A DNA stretch of 64,000 nucleotides. Origin: Candidatus Nanoarchaeia archaeon. Lineage in GTDB: Archaea; Nanobdellota; Nanobdellia; Woesearchaeales; JANQNE01. The position numbers were made by a program, and so were the translations under genes. The stretch's first letter is position 1. Every line of letters begins with the position of its first letter. The notes below the pieces were generated by a model, which made no database searches, was not told the DNA's origin, and saw nothing but the letters and a program-made list of their open reading frames with translations. Where the stretch lies: NCBI GenBank assembly GCA_028279725.1, contig JANQNE010000011.1, forward strand, positions 25,872 through 89,871, in the 5' to 3' direction. This document shows, one piece after another, positions 10,120 to 18,124 of this stretch.

Positions 10120-11034
10120 CTATTTCTTTGAGATTTTGAAAAAATAATACTTTTCCATACTATGTGGATTAAATTTCAGCTTGAAATTTAATAAGTTTTT
10201 CTTTTCAGAGCCTCCAAAATCGACAAAATCATATTTTTTTTCTTTTAACTGCTTTAGATCATCCACGTAAGCAACTTCTCCAAGTCCTTTGTGTTTGTAA
10301 TTGTGGATTCCTATGGATGAATAGTATGTGTTTGTATTGGGAATTCTCCATCCTGCTGTTATTGCACATGGTTCATCATTAACATAGATTATTCTTGTCA
10401 TATCACATCCTTTGAAGTCGTTCTCTACAAAGTTGAGGAATGTAGGGGCCCATGCTTTTGCTACAGTGCTTTTTCTTGTCTTTTCCCAGTCTTCGATTAC
10501 TTTTTTTATCAGTTCTTTGTCTTCTTTTTTGTATTCTTTTATCTCTATTCTGTTTTCATTGAAGAATGTGTTTTTGATGTTTCTTATCTTCTTCCAGTCT
10601 TTTCCTGGCAAAGAAGAGTCAAAATCATTCATATTGAATACTGGAGAGTCAAAGATCCTTGAAGGTTTATGGATGTTGTACTTTTCCTGGCTGATCTTGT
10701 TAAGAAATTTTCTTCTGAACTCTTTTTCTAATGTTAGGAATATCTTGTCTGATGATCTTAATGAATGTTCTATGAAGTTCAGCAGAAGGTCTAATTGTTT
10801 TTCTTTTGGAGCTAAAACATCTGAGATGATCTCATATTCATTATCATCTTCATAGTAAAGGGCGAAGACTCCATATTTTTCTTCAAAGATGAAGAAAGTC
10901 GGTATAACTCCTTCTTCTTTCATGTTATAATAATACCAGAAATTGTGTTCAGACATATTACCATAGCTGGAGATAAGCTGTTCAATAAGTTCCTTGCTTT
11001 CTAATATATTATTTATGACCCTCACGTTGATCAA
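10120..11034 (-). CDS. FemAB-like GNAT-fold protein, paralog C
   Basis: Tandem paralog of 9184-10107 (VLAPKE, GKDWKKIRNIKNTF, GCDM, ITAGWRIPNTNTYYSSIG, FGGSEKK). 304 aa. Confidence 0.5.
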   Translation of the reverse strand: MINVRVINNILESKELIEQLISSYGNMSEHNFWYYYNMKEEGVIPTFFIFEEKYGVFALYYEDDNEYEIISDVLAPKEKQLDLLLNFIEHSLRSSDKIFLTLEKEFRRKFLNKISQEKYNIHKPSRIFDSPVFNMNDFDSSLPGKDWKKIRNIKNTFFNENRIEIKEYKKEDKELIKKVIEDWEKTRKSTVAKAWAPTFLNFVENDFKGCDMTRIIYVNDEPCAITAGWRIPNTNTYYSSIGIHNYKHKGLGEVAYVDDLKQLKEKKYDFVDFGGSEKKNLLNFKLKFNPHSMEKYYFFKISKK

Positions 11035-11070
11035 GAAGAAGTTGTTATATTTAAATTATTAGATTCTCAA

Positions 11071-11163
11071 TGTATAACACGCTACGTTCTATTCTGGAAT
11101 GGATCTGTTTCAGATTCTAGTATTTTTATAACTCTGTCCGAGAACTTCGCTTGGTGTTATGCA
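11071..11163 (+). repeat. Copy 1 of a ~94-nt structured hairpin element (candidate ncRNA family)
   Basis: Terminal inverted repeat tgtataacac/gtgttatgca (10 bp, one G-U). Conserved internal GCTACGT..., CAGATTCTAG and ...ACTTCGCTTG shared with the copies at 48763-48857 and 59005-59097; inner 4-bp helix GTTC/GAAC. Confidence 0.55.
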
Positions 11164-11171
11164 CTTTAGGA

Positions 11172-12215
11172 TTAAGAATAACTGGTTTCTTCAGCTTTCT
11201 GCTGAGCTTCTATCAAAGGACCAAGTTTTTCTCTTAGGTTATGTCTTTCTATTGCACAATCAAGGATCTTCTGTATCATCTCATGATATTCTAATCCTAT
11301 TGACTGGGCTGCCATCGGTGTTGAGCAATCACAAGAGATTCCTGGATTTGGATTCATCTCTAAAACATAAGGGATGTTGTTTTCGCTTAATCTTATGTCA
11401 ACTCTTCCGTAATCCCTTACATCTAATAACCTGTATAGTTCTGCTGCAACTCTTTTGATCTTTGATTCTACATATTTAGGGATATCATCTGGCTGCCTGT
11501 AGTCTGCATTCTTGTATAATTCACTTTTTTCATCCCATTTAGCTTCATAAGAGAAGATTCTCATAGGGTCTGGAGTTAAGTTCTTGAAAGAAACTTCCAT
11601 AATTGGCAAGCTTATGAGGTTGCTTCCATTTCCAAGGACTCCAACATCAAGATCTCTTCCTCTGATATATTCTTCAACCAATGCAGGCTGATTGTATACT
11701 CTGTTTATGAATCCAACTCTTGACTGCAGCTCTTTTTCATTTCTTACTATTGCATCTGAGCTGATACCTATGCTGTTGTCCATCCTTGATGGCTTTACTA
11801 TCAAAGGAAAATGCAGATCAGGATCAAGTTTCTTGTTTCTTGAGTAAAATATCTGCCATTTTGGTGTTGGAATGCCATGATGCATCATTATCTCTTTTAC
11901 CCTAGCCTTATTCATACAAAGAGCCAGGCTTAAAGGACCAGAACCAGTATATGGTATATCTAACAGTTCAAGCATAGCTGCAACATGAGGCTCATGGAAC
12001 GAGTTTCCGTTGAATCTTTCGCAAACATTGAAAGCTATGTCAACATTTGCTCTTGACAGCTTACCAAATGTCTGTTCATTGACATCAAAGAACTCAACAT
12101 CATGGTTATTCTTCTTCAATGCTTCATGAACAAGGTTTCCAACCTTGAAAAGATCATTCTCAACTTCCTTATTTGAATATTCTTTAAAGATGTTAGAAAG
12201 AACAGCTACTTTCAT
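11172..12215 (-). CDS. ATP-grasp ligase of the D-alanine--D-alanine ligase family
   Basis: Ddl-like blocks: EPHVAAMLELLDIPYTGSG (cf. EDGxxQGxLExxxxPYVG), PLIVKPSRMDNSIGIS, ALVEEYIRGRDLDVGVLGN, RVDIRL...IPYVLEMNPNPGI. 347 aa. Confidence 0.7.
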   Translation of the reverse strand: MKVAVLSNIFKEYSNKEVENDLFKVGNLVHEALKKNNHDVEFFDVNEQTFGKLSRANVDIAFNVCERFNGNSFHEPHVAAMLELLDIPYTGSGPLSLALCMNKARVKEIMMHHGIPTPKWQIFYSRNKKLDPDLHFPLIVKPSRMDNSIGISSDAIVRNEKELQSRVGFINRVYNQPALVEEYIRGRDLDVGVLGNGSNLISLPIMEVSFKNLTPDPMRIFSYEAKWDEKSELYKNADYRQPDDIPKYVESKIKRVAAELYRLLDVRDYGRVDIRLSENNIPYVLEMNPNPGISCDCSTPMAAQSIGLEYHEMIQKILDCAIERHNLREKLGPLIEAQQKAEETSYS

Positions 12216-12866
12216 TTAGCACTGCACCCCTGTAGAAAACAACAACACACCATCTTTTTTTTGTTTTAGGTAAAAAAACATTCGGTTTATCACCAGTTTT
12301 TTATTTTTTTTATTTGTTAATGCAATTATATACTTTTTTATTTATAAATGTTATGTTTTTTGTTATTTTTTTAGAAATTTTTCTATAAAAAAGTTTTTTT
12401 AGTCTTATTCTTTTGTTTTTTATTTTGTTTTTTATCGTCGAGAAAATAACTTTTTTATGTTTTTGCTTTATTTTTTTACTTAATCTTGTTTTTTTGTTAG
12501 TTTTTGTAAAAAATTGCAAAAAAAGAAATTTTTAGTTTACTTTTTTTGGTAAAAATTTTTGTTTTATTTTTATCGTCGATAAAAAGTTTAGGAATTTTTT
12601 AGAAAAAATTTATTTTTTTAATTTTTGTTTAATTTTTTAGATTTTGTGATTATTTTTTCATCTTTTATTTTCTTTTTATTTTTTTCAAAGAATAGTTTGA
12701 TTTTACTTATTGGATGTTGTTTTTTTGTTTGATTTCTGATGATTAGAAAACATTGGGTTTTCTAGCGTTTATTTGCTAAACTTTCAGAAAAAATTATACA
12801 TTATCAGAAAAGTTTATAAAGAGATTTAGGATATATTTCGCTATAAAACCAAAAAGGGGTATTACT
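12216..12866. other. 650-bp T-rich low-complexity divergent intergenic region with repeated TTTTATCGTCGA(G/T)AAAA motif
   Basis: Non-coding (the only ORF is a K-rich artefact). tatcgtcgagaaaa at 12433-12446 and tatcgtcgataaaaa at 12571-12585. Separates the minus-strand Ddl/Fem operon from the plus-strand retropepsin/RimK/AsnB operon. Confidence 0.5.
12813..12820 (+). promoter_or_regulatory. Putative archaeal TATA box for the 12867-16424 operon
   Basis: tttataaa lies ~50 bp upstream of the ATG at 12867, with an aaaggggt RBS at -14 to -7; positional inference only. Confidence 0.25.
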
Positions 12867-13211
12867 ATGGCTGCAAAACAAAAAATAATAGGGCTTACTG
12901 AAAAAGTACTGGTCTATGGCCAGAATAAAAAGAAAAATGTTGTCGCTAGGATAGATACTGGAGCGACAAAGTCTTCTATCGATGTAAAATTAGCTGCTGA
13001 GCTGCAGTTAGGTCCTATATACAGGACTAAATTAGTCAAGTCTACCCATGGTAATACATTAAGGCCTGTTGTTGAGATGAACATAAGACTTTCTGGGGTG
13101 GAATTAAGGTCAGATTTTACGATAGCTGACAGAACTGATATGAAATATCAGATATTGGTCGGCCAGAATATATTGAAAGAGGGAAATTTTTTGGTTAATC
13201 CTAAAAAATGA
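12867..13211 (+). CDS. RimK-associated retropepsin-like aspartic-protease-fold protein ('putative ATP-dependent zinc protease' family)
   Basis: DTGATKSSID (D-T/S-G-A) motif in a ~115-aa protein; its stop overlaps the start of the downstream RimK-like gene (ATGA), as in the conserved bacterial pair. Confidence 0.6.
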   Translation: MAAKQKIIGLTEKVLVYGQNKKKNVVARIDTGATKSSIDVKLAAELQLGPIYRTKLVKSTHGNTLRPVVEMNIRLSGVELRSDFTIADRTDMKYQILVGQNILKEGNFLVNPKK

Positions 13212-14311
13212 AAGCTGCATTAATCAGTCTAGGAAGCAAGAGCTCTCAATTTACAGCTGAAGCTATGAAGAATTACTTTGATGAAGTTGATGATCTTGAT
13301 ATAAAGAATATAGAAGTTAATTTTGGTGTTAAGGAGCTTGAACTATTATATAATGGAGAGCCTTTGAAGGATTATGACTGTGTCTATGCAAAAGGATCTT
13401 TCAGATATTCACCTTTGCTTGCGTCAATAACATCTGTATTGGCTAAGAAAGATATATATCTGCCGATAAGCGCAGATTCTTTTACTATAAGCCATGATAA
13501 GCTGCTTACACAGATAGAGCTTCAGAAGAACAAGATACCTATGCCTAAAACATATCTTTCTTCTACACCTGAAGCTGCAAGGGAGCTGTTAGAGAAGGTC
13601 AATTATCCTATAATCATGAAGTTTCCGCAGGGAACACAAGGGAAAGGGGTGATGGTCGCTGATTCTTTTGCTTCAGCATCTTCAATGCTTGATGCTTTGT
13701 CAGCTTTGAGACAGCCTTTTTTGATACAGGAATATATAGAGACAGGCGGAATCGATATAAGAGCGATAGTTGTGGGAAAGAAAGTTGTTGCAGCGATGAA
13801 AAGAAAGGCAGAAGGGGAAGAGAAGAGAGCAAATATACATGCAGGCGGTAAAGCAGAGCCTTGCCAGCTGGATGCTCACACTAAAAAGATCGCTATAGAT
13901 ACTGCAAAGGCAGTTGGTGCAGAGATATGCGGTGTTGATATATTAGAAAGTGCTAAGGGTCCTGTTGTCATTGAGGTGAATATATCTCCTGGGCTGCAGG
14001 GAATAATGGCTGCAACTAAGGTTAATGTTGCTGACAAGATAGCAAAATATCTTTATGAAGTTTCCAAGAAGAGATCTGAAGGGGATAAAAAAGAGTCAGC
14101 ATCAAAGATACTGAGCGATCTTGGTGTTGAAGAGGCAACAAAGACATCAAAAGATATAATGACGACCCTTGATTTCAGAGGAAAGAGGGTGTTGCTGCCT
14201 GAAGTTGTAACCAATCTTACTAAGTTTGATGATACGCAGGATGTTGTGATAAGTGCTGACAAAGGAAAGCTTGAGATAAAGAAGCTTATCATCGGCGCTA
14301 AGAAGAAATAA
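13208..14311 (+). CDS. RimK-family ATP-grasp ligase (alpha-L-glutamate ligase-like; LysX/ArgX/CofF/MptN relatives)
   Basis: ATP-grasp blocks PIIMKFPQGTQGKGV, LIQEYIETGGIDIRAIVVG, ICGVDILESAKGPVVIEVNISPG; a ~75-aa charged C-terminal tail lies beyond the grasp fold. Confidence 0.7.
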   Translation: MKAALISLGSKSSQFTAEAMKNYFDEVDDLDIKNIEVNFGVKELELLYNGEPLKDYDCVYAKGSFRYSPLLASITSVLAKKDIYLPISADSFTISHDKLLTQIELQKNKIPMPKTYLSSTPEAARELLEKVNYPIIMKFPQGTQGKGVMVADSFASASSMLDALSALRQPFLIQEYIETGGIDIRAIVVGKKVVAAMKRKAEGEEKRANIHAGGKAEPCQLDAHTKKIAIDTAKAVGAEICGVDILESAKGPVVIEVNISPGLQGIMAATKVNVADKIAKYLYEVSKKRSEGDKKESASKILSDLGVEEATKTSKDIMTTLDFRGKRVLLPEVVTNLTKFDDTQDVVISADKGKLEIKKLIIGAKKK

Positions 14312-14342
14312 CTTTTTAAATAGAGAGTTCTTGTTTTGTCCT

Positions 14343-16424
14343 ATGTGTGGGATTATAGGGATATTTAACCATAAGGATGCTAAGAAGCTAGCTAAGAAGG
14401 GGCTGTCTAAGATATTATACAGGGGAAAGGACAGTAATGGCCTCTTTAGTTCTGAGAATTGCTGTATCGGACATTGCCTGCATTCTGTAGTTAATTTTGT
14501 TGAACAGCCTTTCAAAGGAAAAGGTGTGCTGATCGTAAATTGCGAGCTGTATAATTGGGAAGAGCTTAACGATAAATATAAGTTTAAGGCAAGGAATGAT
14601 TCTGAATTACTTTTTATGTTGTTGGAGAAGAAAGGAGTTTCAAAGATCAAAGAGATATTAGATGAGCTGGATGGTGTTTATTCTTTCTGCTATTGGATTG
14701 ATGATAAAGTTTATGTTGCGAGAGATATAATCGGTGTAAAGCCATTATGGTTCTCTAAGTATGAGCATCTTGGTTTTGCTTCTGAGAAAAAGGCATTGAA
14801 AGAGATAGGAATGTTTGATGCTGAGGAACTAAATCCCAGGAAGATATTAGTTTATGATGTGAAGAAGAATAAGGTTGAATTTATCGAGAGGGATTTTTTA
14901 AAGATAACACCTGAATTGAAGTGTAAATATGAAAAGATAAAGAAAGAGCTGACTGGGCTTGTTGTTAATTCTATCTCTAAAAGGATACCTGATCAGAAGT
15001 TTGGGATATTGTTTTCCGGAGGGATTGACTCTGGTCTGATCGCACATGCATGTAAAGAATTAGGTGTTGATTTTACATGCTATACTGCTGCTTTGAAAGA
15101 AAAAGGGATGGGAGAAGCAGAAGATATGGTCTATGCTAAGAAAGTTGCTGATAAATTAGGATTCAGGCTAAAGACAAAGACAATTTCTCTTAAAGAAACT
15201 GAAAAGTATCTGAAAAAAGTAGTTCCTTTGATAGAAGATTCCAATGTTGTTAAAGTTGGAGTGGGATTGACTTTCTATGTTGCATGTGAGATGGCTAAGA
15301 AAGATGGGATCAAAGTTATATTTTCCGGACTTGGATCTGAGGAGCTGTTTGCCGGCTATGAAAGGCATAGGAAAAGTGATCTGATAAACAAAGAATGCCT
15401 TTCTGGAGTCATTAAGATATATGAAAGGGATCTTTATAGGGATGATGTTATTGCGATGGCAAACAATCTTGAGCTTAGGCTTCCTTTTCTGGATAAGAAG
15501 CTTACTAGTTATGCACTGAAGATTCCTGCTAAATACAAGATAAAAGATGGGTTGACTAAAGTTGTTCTCCGTGATGTTGCTGTTGGTCTTGGTTATGATA
15601 AAGAATTTGCATCTAGAAGGAAGAAAGCTGCGCAGTATGGAAGCAAGTTTGACAGAGCGATAGCTAAACTTGCTAAGAGAAAAGGATTTAACCTTAAATC
15701 AGAATATTTGAGGACCTTTTATCCGGAAGTTAATCTTAAGCTAGGTGTGTTGTTCAGTTCTGGGAAAGACAGCTGCTATGCGATGCATGTTATGAAAAGA
15801 CAGAATTATGAGATAAGCTGCCTGATAACATTAAAGAGCAAAAATAAAGATTCTTATATGTTTCATACGCCTGCTATCGAGCTTGCTGAAGTGCAGGCGA
15901 AGGCGATGGAATTACCTATAATAGAACAGGAGACTGCAGGTGTTAAGGAAAAAGAGCTTGCTGATCTGAAGAAGGCATTAGCTGCTGCAAAGAAAGAGCA
16001 TAAGATAGAAGGTGTTGTGACCGGAGCATTATTTTCTAAATATCAGCGTGAAAGGATAGAGAAGGTTGCTGATAGTCTTGGGTTAAAGATATTTTCTCCT
16101 TTGTGGCATATGGATCAGGAGACTGAGCTTAAAAGTTTGGTGAGAGAAGGATTTGATGTTATTATCAGCTCTATAGCTGGTTATGGCATGGAAACAAAAG
16201 ATATAGGAAAGAGGATTGATGATAAGATGATCTCGAAATTGAGAAGGTTAAAAGATAAGATCGGGTTTAATGTAGCTGGAGAAGGCGGAGAGTTTGAGAG
16301 CTTTGTCCTTGATGGGCCTATGTTTAAGAAGAGATTGGAGATTGTTGATAGCCAGAGAGCTATAGAGAATGAATGTACTGGCAGGATGCTGATCAAGAAG
16401 ATTAAATTAGTCGACAAGAAATAG
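14343..16424 (+). CDS. Fusion: glutamine-dependent asparagine-synthetase-like amidotransferase (Ntn-GATase + PP-loop) + Dph6/MJ0570-like ATP pyrophosphatase domain
   Basis: MCGIIGI (Cys1 nucleophile), LYRGKD, NCELYNW, NDSELLF and RDIIGVKPLWF match AsnB N-domain motifs. SGGIDSG is the AsnB PP-loop. A second PP-loop FSSGKDSCYAMHVM and EGGEFESF (cf. EGGEYET) match the diphthine-ammonia-ligase family. The ORF-track start at 14331 is a TTG; the ATG at 14343 puts Cys at position 2. Confidence 0.7.
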   Translation: MCGIIGIFNHKDAKKLAKKGLSKILYRGKDSNGLFSSENCCIGHCLHSVVNFVEQPFKGKGVLIVNCELYNWEELNDKYKFKARNDSELLFMLLEKKGVSKIKEILDELDGVYSFCYWIDDKVYVARDIIGVKPLWFSKYEHLGFASEKKALKEIGMFDAEELNPRKILVYDVKKNKVEFIERDFLKITPELKCKYEKIKKELTGLVVNSISKRIPDQKFGILFSGGIDSGLIAHACKELGVDFTCYTAALKEKGMGEAEDMVYAKKVADKLGFRLKTKTISLKETEKYLKKVVPLIEDSNVVKVGVGLTFYVACEMAKKDGIKVIFSGLGSEELFAGYERHRKSDLINKECLSGVIKIYERDLYRDDVIAMANNLELRLPFLDKKLTSYALKIPAKYKIKDGLTKVVLRDVAVGLGYDKEFASRRKKAAQYGSKFDRAIAKLAKRKGFNLKSEYLRTFYPEVNLKLGVLFSSGKDSCYAMHVMKRQNYEISCLITLKSKNKDSYMFHTPAIELAEVQAKAMELPIIEQETAGVKEKELADLKKALAAAKKEHKIEGVVTGALFSKYQRERIEKVADSLGLKIFSPLWHMDQETELKSLVREGFDVIISSIAGYGMETKDIGKRIDDKMISKLRRLKDKIGFNVAGEGGEFESFVLDGPMFKKRLEIVDSQRAIENECTGRMLIKKIKLVDKK

Positions 16425-16478
16425 TTACCAACTCGAGACGAAGTATACATTTCCTAGATATTATACAACAGAAACATA

Positions 16479-16486
16479 TTTAAATA
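16479..16486 (+). promoter_or_regulatory. Putative TATA box upstream of guaB
   Basis: tttaaata lies ~54 bp upstream of the guaB ATG (16540); a strong RBS gaggggg sits 4-10 nt before the ATG. Confidence 0.25.
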
Positions 16487-16539
16487 ACTTGCAATTTTGT
16501 TTTTTATGGTATACATGCTAAATTTTGAGGGGGTTTTGA

Positions 16540-18120
16540 ATGGCAAAAGAGATAATCAATGATCCTTCTAGGACTTTTATGGAGTATAGATTCCTGCCAG
16601 GAGAGACTCCTCGGGATTGTACACCTGATAAGATCTCTTTAAGAACTCCACTGACAAAGTTTACTAAAGAGAGCGGTATGGAGAGTGCTAAAATCATACT
16701 TAATCTTCCTTTTATGTCTGCTGCTATGCAGTCTGTGACAGGGTCTGGACTTGCGATCGCTTTGGCCCAGAACGGTGGCATTGGTGTGCATTATTGCTCA
16801 CAGCCTGTTGAAGATGAAGCAAGAAAGGTTGCTGAAGTTAAGGGTGCTAAGGCTGGATTTGTAAAGCCAAAGACATTGTCTCCTAATGATACTGTTGAAG
16901 ATGCTTTTGAAAAAGCTGTCAAGGAAGGGTATTCGATATATCCTGTAATAGATGAGAATGGAGTATTGTTGGGTTCTGTAAATGTTAATTATCTTAAGAA
17001 CAGGATGGGAGATGAAAAGATATCTGATGTTATGAGGAAATTTATCCCGAAGGGCCTTGATGAGATAACATCTGAGATGAAAGCTAATAATGCGACAGAT
17101 GAAGAGATAATAAAGACAATAAGAGAATATATCACATTTGCTAAAGTGGGTATTGATTTAGAGGAAGCAAACAGGATCGTGGAGGAGAATAACTCTAAGT
17201 TTATCGCTATTGTCGGAGAGGATAATAAATTACATTCTTTAGTATTCAGAAAAGATATCTATAAGCATATAAGCCATCCTAAGGAGCTTATTGATGCTAA
17301 TAAGAGATATATCTGTGCAGCTGCTATCAATACACATGATTACAAAGAAAGAGTTCCTGCTTTAGTGAAAGCTGGAGTTGATATGATAGTTGTAGATTCG
17401 TCAGACGGCTATACTGAGTGGCAGAAAGAGGCTGTCCAGTTCTGCAAAGGAGAGTATCCGACAATACCTGTTATGGGAGGCAATATAATAACTGCTGAAG
17501 GATTCAGATATCTTGCAGATGCAGGTGTTGATGCTGTAAAGGTTGGAATGGGTGGCGGTTCTATATGTATAACTCAAGAACAAAAGGGGACTGGAAGAGG
17601 ACAGGCTGATGTTGTTGAAGAAGTCTGTGCTGAGAGAGATAAATATTATGAAGAAACAGGTGTTTATATTCCAATTATTTCTGATGGAGGCCATAGTTTT
17701 GCGAAAGATATGACTATGGCTTTGGCTTTTGGTGCTGATGCAATAATGTGCGGAAGGATGTTTGTTGGATGTGAGGAAAGCAATGCTCCGTTCCATCCAG
17801 AAGACAGGAAGTTCAAGCAGTATTGGGGAGAAGGACATTCAAGAGCTAAGGCCTGGAGACAGCAAAGATATGGCCAGGTAAGTTTTGATGAAGGGGTTGA
17901 TGGATTTGTTCCTTTTGTCGGAAAACTTAAGGAAAATGTTCTCGATGATATCACAAAGAAGATGATATCAACGATGGTTACGTGCGGATGCAAGAATCTG
18001 GATGAGCTTCATAAGAAAGCAAGAGTTAAGCTTATCTCTGAGCTTTCTATGAGAGAAGGCAAGCCGCATGATATCATATTACCAGAGAACATGACATATA
18101 AAGCCAGAAGGTGGGGTTGA
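16540..18120 (+). CDS. guaB: IMP dehydrogenase (with CBS pair)
   Basis: LPFMSAAMQSVTGSGLAIALAQNGGIGV (cf. IPLVSAAMDTVTE...GGIGV), catalytic loop GGGSICITQE, and an internal CBS-domain insert. Confidence 0.85.
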   Translation: MAKEIINDPSRTFMEYRFLPGETPRDCTPDKISLRTPLTKFTKESGMESAKIILNLPFMSAAMQSVTGSGLAIALAQNGGIGVHYCSQPVEDEARKVAEVKGAKAGFVKPKTLSPNDTVEDAFEKAVKEGYSIYPVIDENGVLLGSVNVNYLKNRMGDEKISDVMRKFIPKGLDEITSEMKANNATDEEIIKTIREYITFAKVGIDLEEANRIVEENNSKFIAIVGEDNKLHSLVFRKDIYKHISHPKELIDANKRYICAAAINTHDYKERVPALVKAGVDMIVVDSSDGYTEWQKEAVQFCKGEYPTIPVMGGNIITAEGFRYLADAGVDAVKVGMGGGSICITQEQKGTGRGQADVVEEVCAERDKYYEETGVYIPIISDGGHSFAKDMTMALAFGADAIMCGRMFVGCEESNAPFHPEDRKFKQYWGEGHSRAKAWRQQRYGQVSFDEGVDGFVPFVGKLKENVLDDITKKMISTMVTCGCKNLDELHKKARVKLISELSMREGKPHDIILPENMTYKARRWG

Positions 18121-18124
18121 TCTT

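Noticed and set aside
11159-11458. 99-aa plus-strand ORF overlapping the 3' end of the Ddl-like gene
   Set aside because: It is antisense to a well-supported ATP-grasp gene and begins inside the hairpin element; it has the composition typical of shadow ORFs.
12310-12519. 69-aa K/I/N-rich ORF on the minus strand inside the AT-rich spacer
   Set aside because: It is a pure low-complexity translation of poly-A runs; there is no RBS or start context, and the region is better explained as non-coding.
12216-12866. Possibility that the T-rich region is a CRISPR array or leader
   Set aside because: There are no regularly spaced direct repeats of 25-40 bp. The only repeated unit is a 14-nt box seen twice, and no cas genes are nearby.
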